Below, piece after piece: positions 37,699-46,320 of a stretch of 64,000 nt of DNA (its first letter is position 1; every line of letters starts with the position of its first letter). Origin of the DNA: a bacterium (GTDB lineage: Bacteria > Bacillota > Clostridia > Christensenellales > DTU072); assembly GCA_963644945.1 (NCBI GenBank), contig CAVIQK010000003.1, positions 54,401 through 118,400 of the forward strand, given 5' to 3'. The notes under the pieces were generated by a model. It was not told the origin of the DNA, did not search any database, and worked only from the letters and a program-made list of their open reading frames with translations. The position numbers and the translations under genes are program-made.

Positions 37699-37929
37699 AT
37701 GGTTTTTGAAAAATGTGTAGAAATTATTGCAGATATGCTCGGCATTGACGAAAAAGAAATCACGATGGATGCAGACATCGTCAACGGACTCGGAGCCGAC
37801 AGTCTTGACGTAATCCAAATGCTCAATGCAATGGAAGAAGAATACGGTTTCACTTTTACCGATGATGAAATACTTACCATCAAAACGGTAGGAGACGTCG
37901 TCACTTTGATAGAAGGCAAACAAAAATAA
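37699..37929 (+). CDS. acpP: Acyl carrier protein
   Basis: 76 aa with AGGAGA Shine-Dalgarno. Canonical phosphopantetheine site LGADSLDVIQMLNAMEEEYGF. It starts 12 nt after the preceding gene and is followed by a terminator. Confidence 0.85.
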   Translation: MVFEKCVEIIADMLGIDEKEITMDADIVNGLGADSLDVIQMLNAMEEEYGFTFTDDEILTIKTVGDVVTLIEGKQK

Positions 37930-37950
37930 AATAAAACATCAAAATATTAA

Positions 37951-37983
37951 AAATCATAAGGGTTTTCCTTGTGATTTTTTTTA
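37951..37983 (+). terminator. Rho-independent terminator closing operon A
   Basis: Stem ATCATAAGG / CCTTGTGAT (37953..37975, one G-T pair) followed by a run of seven or more T. Confidence 0.75.
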
Positions 37984-38007
37984 ATAATTAAGTTTTTAGA
38001 AATCAAA

Positions 38008-38982
38008 ATGAAAGTAGGATCGCATATAAAAGAAAGAAAACATATTCTTGTATTGTTGTCTATATTGACAATAATTTTGCTTTTAACCACACTTTTTGCT
38101 TGCGACGGCGATCTTATCAATTATTCCCTTGAAATCAAAACTTATCCTCAAAAGACGGAATATTATCTTCAAGACGATTTTGATCCGTCGGGCATAGTCC
38201 TAGAACTAAAAAACGAAGTTACCGGAGATATAAAAGAGATAGATTCAACATGCGAAAATCTTGAGTTTTCGGGCTTTGATTCGACTTGTTCTGCTGAATC
38301 GTTGACAATAACCGCCCTATATAAAAAGAATGAAAAAACTCTAGCCACTGCATCGTTTAATGTCACGATAAAAGGCGAGTATAGTTATGCTTACAAAGAA
38401 AAGGACACTCTTACGGAATATCCCACGTTAGAGACCTCATCGCTCGGTTTTACCGACATGAGAAATTATGACGAAACAGAAGTTTATTTTGATTTTCCCC
38501 TTTCTTCTTTTGATTTAGAAAGCGAAATTTTCAAAATTAAAATAGGCAATAAATTATACGGCAAAGACGACAAGTATGAAATAAAAGTTGCATATTTTTG
38601 GAGTAATCCCCAAAACTATAAAGTAGAACTCAATTATGCAACGAAGAAAGACTCCAAAGTTTCTATTCCGTTGTCTTGTATATTTTTGACGGGAGAAGTC
38701 GTAGAAGTCGAAACCGCAAGCAGAGTTTATCGGTATAAAAATACATATAAGGCGAGCCAAGGCGAAGTAGAAAAGAACGGGGACTACTATTACTGCAAGA
38801 TTCCTTTTTCCTCGTCAGATCTTCGCACCGTATATGTCAAATACGGCAATATATTTTCAATAGAGTATTTGCAAAAGGTCGGCACCGACTACGTATTGCC
38901 TATTCCTGTATCGTTATGGAAAGAAGGCACCATATATGTCTATCGCTACGATAGAGAAACATTGCGCTTTTCTCGCCCCTAA
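38008..38982 (+). CDS. Lipoprotein with Big_3-like Ig domain, function unknown
   Basis: Lipobox LLTTLFAC-DGD. An Ig-like unit is present (KTYPQKTEYYLQDDFDPSGIVLELKNEVTGDIKEI...LEFSGFDSTCSAESLTITALYKK). Confidence 0.6.
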   Translation: MKVGSHIKERKHILVLLSILTIILLLTTLFACDGDLINYSLEIKTYPQKTEYYLQDDFDPSGIVLELKNEVTGDIKEIDSTCENLEFSGFDSTCSAESLTITALYKKNEKTLATASFNVTIKGEYSYAYKEKDTLTEYPTLETSSLGFTDMRNYDETEVYFDFPLSSFDLESEIFKIKIGNKLYGKDDKYEIKVAYFWSNPQNYKVELNYATKKDSKVSIPLSCIFLTGEVVEVETASRVYRYKNTYKASQGEVEKNGDYYYCKIPFSSSDLRTVYVKYGNIFSIEYLQKVGTDYVLPIPVSLWKEGTIYVYRYDRETLRFSRP

Positions 38983-39025
38983 ATCTTGCTAATTTTTATA
39001 AAATCCCAACTAAAATCACGTTGTT

Positions 39026-39607
39026 TTATTGCCGTCCTTTTATAAGAACGGTAATTTTTTTAAGAGTAGGAATAAGCACCATCGTCAAAATAAAGTTTAA
39101 TATAAATACGGCAGATTGAGTGCCTAGTCTATAAACAAGATATGCCCAAAAATTATCATAAGATTTTCCGTATCCTGCGACAAAATAAAGCCCCATTGTG
39201 TTTATAAAAGCCGTGCATACGACAAATGAAACCATGTAAGAAAGGATACAATGCAAATAAGGTTTCAGCACATAATCTTTTCTGGGCGGAAGATATTTGA
39301 TAAGCCCCGGAATAACTCCAAGCAAGCAAGAACCGACAAAAATAACAGGGTTAGGTGTATAACCGCTAATAAAACACCCGATGAGATCGGCACCGCCCCC
39401 GACAATTCCTCCCGAAAACGGCCCTAGAATATAGCCTGCCAAAAAACAAATCGTATAAGACAGTGTTATTTTTTGACTGCCGAGCCTTGACGAAAAAGCA
39501 CTTATTGCCACATTTATTGCAAGTAGCATGGCGGTAGTTGCGATTTTGGTGGTGCTAAGCCCTCTCTTTTTAGAAGGTGATTTGCCCCCATTGCAATTTT
39601 GTGTCAT
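39026..39607 (-). CDS. folT: ECF-transporter S component, folate family (FolT-like)
   Basis: Start taken at Met38 of the track ORF (MTQNCNGG), behind GGAGG. It is a small protein with about 5-6 TM segments (TTAMLLAINVAISAF, YTICFLAGYILGPFSGGIVGGGADLIGCFI) and lies directly downstream of a THF riboswitch. The track's N-terminal extension is the riboswitch read as protein. Confidence 0.75.
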   Translation of the reverse strand: MTQNCNGGKSPSKKRGLSTTKIATTAMLLAINVAISAFSSRLGSQKITLSYTICFLAGYILGPFSGGIVGGGADLIGCFISGYTPNPVIFVGSCLLGVIPGLIKYLPPRKDYVLKPYLHCILSYMVSFVVCTAFINTMGLYFVAGYGKSYDNFWAYLVYRLGTQSAVFILNFILTMVLIPTLKKITVLIKGRQ

Positions 39608-39657
39608 AAAAAAACCTCCATGGGAAATATCCCGTATAAGAGGTCCGAAAAAATAAT

Positions 39658-39765
39658 ATTTTAGCGGACGCGACAAGAAACCGCGGTTAAAACCTTTCGT
39701 CCGTAAACAACATCCCATTTTACGGCACTACAAGAAAATCTTACGCTTCTTATCTACTCTATAGG
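39658..39765 (-). promoter_or_regulatory. THF (tetrahydrofolate) riboswitch, class I (RF01831-like)
   Basis: Minus strand: ATAGAGTAGATAAGAAGCGTAAG...CCGTAAAATGGGATGTTGTTTACGGACGAAAGG...CGCGGTTTCTTGTCGCGTCCGCTAAA. It matches the conserved blocks of the Eubacterium siraeum THF aptamer as I remember it (AGAGUAGAUGAUUCGCGUUAAG / AAUGGGAUGU / ACGAAGC / CGCGGUGAAUCAU..CAUCCGCU). Compensatory changes occur in P2 (AAGAAGCG:CGCGGTTTCTT) and P3 (CCGTAAA:TTTACGG). Coordinates are good to +/-3 nt. Confidence 0.85.
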
Positions 39766-39768
39766 TAC

Positions 39769-39797
39769 ATTTTACGAGCGATTACTTATCTAGTCAA
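39769..39797 (-). promoter_or_regulatory. Putative promoter of the THF riboswitch-folT unit
   Basis: Minus strand: TTGACT (39797..39792), 17-nt spacer, TAAAAT (39774..39769), ending a few nt before the aptamer. Confidence 0.5.
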
Positions 39798-39828
39798 GAA
39801 TAAACAACGTATATCTAAGAAATATGAC

Positions 39829-39857
39829 TTGAAAAATATACATATATTGTATATAAT
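39829..39857 (+). promoter_or_regulatory. Putative promoter of rnj (TTGAAA - 17 nt - TATAAT)
   Basis: TTGAAA at 39829..39834 and TATAAT at 39852..39857, divergent from the folT promoter. Confidence 0.5.
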
Positions 39858-39924
39858 TATCATAGATATGTGTTTCGAAAAAACTAAAACAAAACCAACT
39901 TTTACTGCATATCAATAAGGATCT

Positions 39925-41598
39925 ATGAAAAAACACAAAATCAACAAACCTATTAGAATCGTATTCCTCGGAGGAGTCACCGAAATTGGCAAAAACATGA
40001 CCGCAATAGAATGCGGCGGTGATATAATCGTAATAGATGCGGGGTTATCTTTTCCCAATTCCGACGAGTTCCCGGGGATCGAATATATAATACCCGACTA
40101 CACCTACATAAAAGAGCGTGCCGATATGGTAAAAGGCGTAGTCTTTACGCATGGCCACGAAGACCACATAGGGGCAACCCCGTACTTTTTTAAGGACATC
40201 AAAACATCCGGCTACGGCTCTGCGTTTACCATTGCTCTTATCGAACATAAACTCTCCGAAAACAAAGTAAAAGCCGATCTCAACGTGGTCAAATCCGGTG
40301 ACAAAGTTAAACTTGGTTGTTTTGAAGTGGAGTTTATACAAATAACCCACTCGATAGCCGGAGCCTTTGCTTTGAAAATCACAACCCCCCAAGGCGTTAT
40401 TTTCCATACCGGCGACTTCAAAGTCGATTATACTCCGGTTGACGGTAGAATGCCGGATCTTTCACGTATTGCGGAAATCGGAAAAGAAGGAGTCGATATT
40501 TTACTGTGCGACTCTACCAATATCGAAAAACAAGGTTATGCAATGTCCGAATCTAAAGTCGGCGAAAAACTTGATGAAGTTTTTTCGGGAAACATCGGTC
40601 GTCGTATTATAATCGCAACATTTGCATCCAACATACATCGTATCCAACAAATAATCAACTGTGCATATAAGTACGGAAGAAGAGTGACTTTTGCAGGAAG
40701 AAGTATGGAAAATTATGTATCTATTGCCGAAAGAATAGGCGAGATTTTTATCCCAAGAGACATAGTAGTTCCGATAGACAAAATGAGCGGTGTTCCTTAC
40801 GACAAAATCTGTGTTATATCTACGGGTACGCAAGGCGAAGAAATGTCTGCACTGACAAGAATGGCGGACAATCAATATAAGCGTGTCAAAATAGGCGAAA
40901 AAGACACTGTCATTTTCTCGTCAAGCCCTATCCCCGGCAACGAAAAACCTATCTATGACGTTATCAATCGCCTGTCTAAACTAGGTGCCAAAGTTTATTA
41001 CCATACAATGTCGGATATTCACGCATCGGGACACGCATGTAGAGAAGAATTAAAACTTATACATTCCCTTGTCGCTCCCAAATATTTTATACCCGTCCAT
41101 GGCGAATATCGTCATTTGATGATGCACAAGGATCTTGCCACTAAAATAGGAATGAACCCCACCAATGTATTTATTCCGGATCTAGGCTCTGTGTTTGAAT
41201 TTGACAGCAAAAAGGGCATAAGACAAGGACAGTCGATAGAAGTCGGCAAAATACTTATGGACGGCAATGTTATGGGTATGGTTGACGATATAGTGCTAGA
41301 AGAGCGAAAACGTCTCTCGCAAGGTGGCATCGTCATAGTCCATATTACGTTCGAAAAAGTCCGTTACGGCACCTATTCAGGGAAAGTCAATTATACGATC
41401 AAGGGCATGCCCAACGGCGAAGATATAGAGAAGATTTTAGTAAAAGACACAACGGCGCTTGTCAACCAAGCCGAATGGCAAGACAGTGACGAAGAGAAGA
41501 AAAAGGCAGAACTCGGGAAATTGATAAGACGTATCCTTCTCGGAAAACTCGAAAAACGCCCGATGATAATTCCAATTATTGACGAAATAGCGGAGTAA
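39925..41598 (+). CDS. rnj: Ribonuclease J
   Basis: 557 aa with a metallo-beta-lactamase/beta-CASP core: HGHEDHIG, ITHSI, HTGDFK, LLCDSTN and HASGHA, plus a C-terminal domain. Confidence 0.92.
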   Translation: MKKHKINKPIRIVFLGGVTEIGKNMTAIECGGDIIVIDAGLSFPNSDEFPGIEYIIPDYTYIKERADMVKGVVFTHGHEDHIGATPYFFKDIKTSGYGSAFTIALIEHKLSENKVKADLNVVKSGDKVKLGCFEVEFIQITHSIAGAFALKITTPQGVIFHTGDFKVDYTPVDGRMPDLSRIAEIGKEGVDILLCDSTNIEKQGYAMSESKVGEKLDEVFSGNIGRRIIIATFASNIHRIQQIINCAYKYGRRVTFAGRSMENYVSIAERIGEIFIPRDIVVPIDKMSGVPYDKICVISTGTQGEEMSALTRMADNQYKRVKIGEKDTVIFSSSPIPGNEKPIYDVINRLSKLGAKVYYHTMSDIHASGHACREELKLIHSLVAPKYFIPVHGEYRHLMMHKDLATKIGMNPTNVFIPDLGSVFEFDSKKGIRQGQSIEVGKILMDGNVMGMVDDIVLEERKRLSQGGIVIVHITFEKVRYGTYSGKVNYTIKGMPNGEDIEKILVKDTTALVNQAEWQDSDEEKKKAELGKLIRRILLGKLEKRPMIIPIIDEIAE

Positions 41599-41601
41599 AA
41601 T

Positions 41602-42711
41602 ATGGTAGAAAAGAAAAAGATTTTGATTTTCAACACTTATGACAGCCAAGAATGTTCCTATGCAATCAAAGAGTTGTTTGCGGGCGACTCCGAAATTTTG
41701 CCTATACTTTTTGCAGAATACGAACTTCGTGGGTTTATACAAAATCTCCTTACGGAAAAAATGTACGGAGATTATTCTCCTGTGAGAAGTTGGTGGCGGG
41801 TACTTAAAACCAGAGTACTAACTAGGAACATGGATTCTTCCGAATTTGCCCCCGTAGAATATATGAAGAAAAACAGTCTTGCCATACGCAAGATGAAGAC
41901 AATATTTTTCAAATATCATCCGTCGCTTGTCGTTTGCCTTGGCAAAAAAGCCGTCCTAGCCGCAATCACCGCAAGAGAAAAGATGAATGTCAGCACAAAA
42001 ATAGTTGCAGTAATAAGCGACTATGCTCTTGACAAAAGATTCATAAAGAAAGGCATCGATCACTATGTAGTCCCCATGAATTACATGAAGGCAATGCTTC
42101 TACAAGAGGGAATTCCCGAAGATCAAATAAGTGTTATTCCGGTCCTTGTAAGAAAAGAGTTCTTAAAACCCGTTGACAAAGAATTCGCCACCAAAGAACT
42201 AGGACTAAACCCAAAACTACCTACGGTTATGATAAGATCGGCATATTCCTACAATCCGCTTACAAAAAAATTGGTGTCATATTTAAGGAAAGAAAAACTT
42301 CGCATGAACATTCTAGTCGATTGCGGATATGATAGAGGACTCCTTGAGCAAATTCAAGAAATAGCCGCCCCTAATATAATAGGTAGGAACGAACTCATGG
42401 ATCTACATTTAGCCTATGCATCGGCAGATGTCGTAGTCACAAGACCGAGATCCGAGAACATCGCCATGTGTATCGCAAAACGCATTCCGCTTATCACTTA
42501 CGACAGCGTCGGCGAAATGGAAAAGCGCACTGCAAGTATAATAAGTCTAGACTATTCCGTAGATTGCAGTTCGACCGATGAAGTTATGGGGACATTATCG
42601 TCCTTCCTTGACAACAAAAAGGCATATATCAAAAACCTTGCAGTCCCCGAAATGACACAAGCCGAGGCACAAGATGCCATGTCAAAACTACTAAAAGGCT
42701 TAATATCATAA
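41602..42711 (+). CDS. Divergent GT-B glycosyltransferase, MGDG-synthase/UgtP (GT28)-like
   Basis: The size and layout match diacylglycerol glycosyltransferases. The C-terminal nucleotide-sugar region ASADVVVTRPRSENIAMCIAKRIPLITYDSVGEMEKRTA aligns by eye to KPGG..t.E......P.i......GQE..Na, but key residues differ. Confidence 0.45.
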   Translation: MVEKKKILIFNTYDSQECSYAIKELFAGDSEILPILFAEYELRGFIQNLLTEKMYGDYSPVRSWWRVLKTRVLTRNMDSSEFAPVEYMKKNSLAIRKMKTIFFKYHPSLVVCLGKKAVLAAITAREKMNVSTKIVAVISDYALDKRFIKKGIDHYVVPMNYMKAMLLQEGIPEDQISVIPVLVRKEFLKPVDKEFATKELGLNPKLPTVMIRSAYSYNPLTKKLVSYLRKEKLRMNILVDCGYDRGLLEQIQEIAAPNIIGRNELMDLHLAYASADVVVTRPRSENIAMCIAKRIPLITYDSVGEMEKRTASIISLDYSVDCSSTDEVMGTLSSFLDNKKAYIKNLAVPEMTQAEAQDAMSKLLKGLIS

Positions 42712-42796
42712 AAAATCAATATTTTATATAAAATAAAGAGTGTTTTAAGTTAGCGCATTTATATTATAGAAAATCTTACATTTCTAGGAGAATAAT

Positions 42797-43471
42797 ATGA
42801 AAGTTTTGATAGTCGATGACGAAAAACAACTTGCCAAGGCGATAGTTTGTTATCTCAACAAAAACAAGATAGAAGCCGATACCGTTGACAACGGTGACGA
42901 CGGACTTTATTACGGCTTGACCGGAGTGTATGATGTCATTGTCCTAGATATAATGCTTCCAAAACTTGACGGCTATCAAGTCTTATCCCTCCTCAGAAAA
43001 GACGGAATTTCAACCCCTGTTTTGTTCTTGTCCGCAAAAGGCACAACCGATGACAGAATAAAAGGTCTAGACGTCGGAGCCGATGATTATCTTGCAAAAC
43101 CTTTTGACCTTGGCGAACTCCTAGCAAGAATAAAAGCCCTCGCCAGAAGAAAACAAGAATTTGTCGGAGATGACTTAAAATTTGGAGATATTTCCGTATC
43201 CCGCAATTCTTACGAACTCACCGTAGGAGACAAAAAAATCCTTTTGGGACTCAAAGAATTTTCTATTTTAGAGTACCTTATAATAGATCAAAATCAATAT
43301 CTCTCTAAGGATATGATAATAGAAAAGGTTTGGGGCTATGATGCCGATACCGAATACAACAACGTAGAAGTTTACATTTCGTTTATAAGGAAAAAACTCG
43401 AAGCACTAGGAAGCAAAGTCGTAATCAAAGCCCATCGTGGCGTAGGGTACAAATTGGAGATTCAAAGTTGA
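42797..43471 (+). CDS. OmpR-family response regulator
   Basis: Receiver domain (MKVLIVDDE...VIVLDIMLPKLDG...LSAKG) plus a winged-helix output (LTVGDKKILLGLKEFSILEYL...VEVYISFIRKKL...RGVGYKL). Confidence 0.9.
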   Translation: MKVLIVDDEKQLAKAIVCYLNKNKIEADTVDNGDDGLYYGLTGVYDVIVLDIMLPKLDGYQVLSLLRKDGISTPVLFLSAKGTTDDRIKGLDVGADDYLAKPFDLGELLARIKALARRKQEFVGDDLKFGDISVSRNSYELTVGDKKILLGLKEFSILEYLIIDQNQYLSKDMIIEKVWGYDADTEYNNVEVYISFIRKKLEALGSKVVIKAHRGVGYKLEIQS

Positions 43472-44718
43472 TAAGACGTACAAGACTAAAAATTTTATTA
43501 GTTACCATATCAATAATTATTCTAGTAGAGGCATGCATGATAACCATTGCGGCCTCTGTTTTATACAGCAACATAAAAAAAGAAGCATGTGAATTCGTCA
43601 AATCGGTCGTGACTTCCGCAGAGATCGATGAACTCCCCGACGGAAGAAAGATTGTAAGAGTACGAGATTTGATGGCAGGCACCGATAGAGGTGACAAGTT
43701 CGAAAACCTCAAAACCTTCGTTTCCGCATATTATACCGACGGTACGGATACATATAAAGAAGTTGTGCAATCTAGCGCAATGTTTACCTCCGATGAAATC
43801 AAAAATACAAGTTTGAGAGTAGTCACATCCAAGAAAGATGTTGGAAAAATCAACGACTGTTTTTATGCAAAACGTACTACTGAATCGGGACTTGTCTTGG
43901 TGGCGGTTGTTGACAAGAGTTCCGAAATAGACATCCTTGGCAACTTTGTTTTGCGAAGCAGCGGAATCGCCGTCATAGGGACGGCATGCCTTACTGTCGT
44001 GGTATGGATTTTGTCTTACTATGTTACAAAACCGATAAAAGATTCTATCCAAAACGAAAAGCGTTTCATAAGCGATGCAAGTCACGAATTGAAAACTCCT
44101 CTTACGATAATATCCGCAAACGTTGAAGTTATGACCGACGGTCAACCCAACGAATGGGCAGATAATATCAAATCTCAAACTAAACGTATGCAAAAACTTG
44201 TCGAAGAAATGTTAGAACTATCAAAACTTGACGAAAGTATTACTGTCAGAAAAAAGGTAAAACACGAGAAGTTTTCGTTAAGCGACAAGACGTTAGAGGT
44301 CGTCATGCCTTTTGATCCTATTGCATACGAAAAACACATCGAATTCAACTATGAAATTTTGCATAATGTCGATATTTATTCCGATCCCGACGACTATAAA
44401 AAAGTCCTAGGAGTACTTGTCGAAAATGCCGTAAAATATACAGCCGGTAAGATTGATATCAATTTACAAAAAAAGAACAAAAACACTTACGAATTGGTCG
44501 TAGAAAATACGGGATGCGGAATAAAAAATGCAGACAAGGACAGAGTCTTTGAGAGATTTTATCGCAGCGACGCATCAAGAGCAAGTTCGACCGGAGGATC
44601 GGGACTAGGGCTTGCAATAGCCAAAGAACTCTCCGAAAAGAACGGTTGGAAGTTATCTTTGGAGTGCGAAGAAAATGTTTTTACAAAATTCCGTCTTGTG
44701 GTAAAGACAAATTCGTAA
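43468..44718 (+). CDS. Sensor histidine kinase (HisKA/HATPase_c)
   Basis: The TTG start overlaps the RR stop by 4 nt. Two TM segments flank a ~130-aa sensor loop. H-box FISDASHELKTPLT, N-box LVENAVKYT, G-boxes ENTGCGI and GGSGLGLAIAKEL. Confidence 0.88.
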   Translation: MIRRTRLKILLVTISIIILVEACMITIAASVLYSNIKKEACEFVKSVVTSAEIDELPDGRKIVRVRDLMAGTDRGDKFENLKTFVSAYYTDGTDTYKEVVQSSAMFTSDEIKNTSLRVVTSKKDVGKINDCFYAKRTTESGLVLVAVVDKSSEIDILGNFVLRSSGIAVIGTACLTVVVWILSYYVTKPIKDSIQNEKRFISDASHELKTPLTIISANVEVMTDGQPNEWADNIKSQTKRMQKLVEEMLELSKLDESITVRKKVKHEKFSLSDKTLEVVMPFDPIAYEKHIEFNYEILHNVDIYSDPDDYKKVLGVLVENAVKYTAGKIDINLQKKNKNTYELVVENTGCGIKNADKDRVFERFYRSDASRASSTGGSGLGLAIAKELSEKNGWKLSLECEENVFTKFRLVVKTNS

Positions 44719-44806
44719 AGCAAAATTTACTTATAAAATTCATGTTTTAGGCTCTTAAACTATTTACAAAGGTTCCCCAAAACACGACATTTAGAAAAAC
44801 AAGCGA

Positions 44807-44844
44807 CAGTCAAAACAGATTATTTTGTTTTGACTTTTATTTTG
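44807..44844 (+). terminator. Rho-independent terminator after the two-component operon
   Basis: Stem GTCAAAACA / TGTTTTGAC (44809..44834) followed by TTTTATTTT. Confidence 0.75.
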
Positions 44845-44883
44845 AAAATAAATTTATTGTGTCCGCCGATCTAGTCAAAATTC

Positions 44884-44912
44884 TTTACATCGCAAATCTA
44901 TATGTTTATAAT
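44884..44912 (+). promoter_or_regulatory. Putative promoter of the aspS-asnS-leuS cluster (TTTACA - 17 nt - TATAAT)
   Basis: TTTACA at 44884..44889 and TATAAT at 44907..44912. A ~40-nt leader with AAGGAGAG precedes ATG 44952. Confidence 0.55.
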
Positions 44913-44951
44913 ATTATTTATATGTACAACCTTAAACAAGGAGAGAGTTCT

Positions 44952-46301
44952 ATGGAATTTTTAGACCTAACAAAAGAGAAAGTTTACGACGAAACAGAAG
45001 TCCTCTACAATCGTATTTTGAACGGCGAAGTAGAAGAGGGCGAGTTGGTCACAGTAAAGGGTGCGATACACTCTTTGAGAAATAAAGGCGGAGATGCCTT
45101 CATTGTTATTCGTACCGCAAGACATACCCTTCAATTTTATTGGGAAGAAGGCAAAGCCAATTTTTCGGCAGGTGACCTCAAAGAAGGCGATACGGTGGTT
45201 ATGACCGGCAAGATCAGAAAAAGCGAATATTCTCGTATAGGCTACGACATTGATTGTGTTGACGTCAAAGTTTGTTCGTCCCCCTCGGATGTTCCTCCGT
45301 TTTCGATCGGCAAGAGAGAGATAAAAGCATCTTACGATACAATTCTTGACTATCGTCCGATTTCTATGAGACACCCCAAAGAACGTGCTTATATAAAACT
45401 CGTCGAAGGTGTCATGAGAGGCATGACCGAATGGCTATATAAAAATCAATTTACCCAAATTATTCCTCCGAAGATTGTCGCAGCCGGTGCAGAAGGCGGA
45501 GCAGACATGTTCGGACTCGATTATTTTGGAAAACAAGCCTACCTTGCTCAAAGTCCTCAATTCTACAAACAAATGATGGTCGGAGTGTACGAGAGAGTCT
45601 TCACGGTATCCCCGGTATTTAGAGCCGAAAAACACCGTACTTCAAGACATATCAACGAATTTATGGGTATAGACTTGGAGATGGGTTATATTGATAGTTT
45701 TTACGATGTTTGCGAGGCAGAAGCCAGAGCATTGAGATACACTTTCGATCTCATCAATCGTGAATATAAAAACGAACTCGACATTATCGGTATGGATGCT
45801 CTCCCCACTTTTGACAAAGTCCCTTACGTCCGTTTTGACGTTGCAAAACAAATGGTAAAAGAAAAATACGGCAGAGATTTTAGAAGTGATTATGATCTAG
45901 AACCCGAAGAAGAAAAACTTATCGGCAAAATATTCAAAGAGGAATATGGCTCCGAACTTGTCTTCGTCACCCATTATCCTTCCAAAAAACGTCCGTTCTA
46001 TGCAATGGACGATCCCGAAGATCCTACCTACACATTGTCTTTTGACCTTCTTCTAAACGGCACCGAAATCACGACCGGCGGACAACGTATCCACGATTAT
46101 GACATGCAAGTAGCCAAGATGAAGTCAAGAGGAATGAATCCTGACGATTTCGCATCCTACCTAATGATTCACAAATACGGCATGCCCCCGCATGGCGGAC
46201 TCGGAATAGGTGTAGAAAGACTTGCGATGAAACTCTTCAACGTTGACAACATCCGTACAGTCACCTTATTCCCTCGTGACACCGAACGTTTGGAACCCTA
46301 A
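44952..46301 (+). CDS. aspS: Aspartate--tRNA ligase, type 2 (archaeal/eukaryote-like short form)
   Basis: Start at ATG 44952 (MEFLDLTKEK). About 449 aa, so it lacks the bacterial GAD insertion. Class IIb motifs: LAQSPQFYKQ, motif 2 SPVFRAEKHRTSRHINEF, motif 3 GGLGIGVERL. Confidence 0.85.
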   Translation: MEFLDLTKEKVYDETEVLYNRILNGEVEEGELVTVKGAIHSLRNKGGDAFIVIRTARHTLQFYWEEGKANFSAGDLKEGDTVVMTGKIRKSEYSRIGYDIDCVDVKVCSSPSDVPPFSIGKREIKASYDTILDYRPISMRHPKERAYIKLVEGVMRGMTEWLYKNQFTQIIPPKIVAAGAEGGADMFGLDYFGKQAYLAQSPQFYKQMMVGVYERVFTVSPVFRAEKHRTSRHINEFMGIDLEMGYIDSFYDVCEAEARALRYTFDLINREYKNELDIIGMDALPTFDKVPYVRFDVAKQMVKEKYGRDFRSDYDLEPEEEKLIGKIFKEEYGSELVFVTHYPSKKRPFYAMDDPEDPTYTLSFDLLLNGTEITTGGQRIHDYDMQVAKMKSRGMNPDDFASYLMIHKYGMPPHGGLGIGVERLAMKLFNVDNIRTVTLFPRDTERLEP

Positions 46302-46320
46302 CAAAAAGGAAAGAAAACTT

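Noticed and set aside
39608-39718. 37-codon N-terminal extension of the folT-like ORF (MGCCLRTKGF...).
   Set aside because: This region is the THF riboswitch aptamer and expression platform. A GGAGG SD precedes the internal ATG at 39607. My manual base numbering in 39600..39660 disagreed with the ORF track by one base, so I followed the track's frame.
44719-44951. Expected T-box leader upstream of aspS-asnS-leuS, and likewise upstream of glnS.
   Set aside because: The region contains only the upstream operon's terminator, a promoter and a ~40-nt leader. I saw no specifier-loop or T-box (AGGGUGGNACCGCG-like) sequence, and glnS is preceded directly by the GNAT gene.
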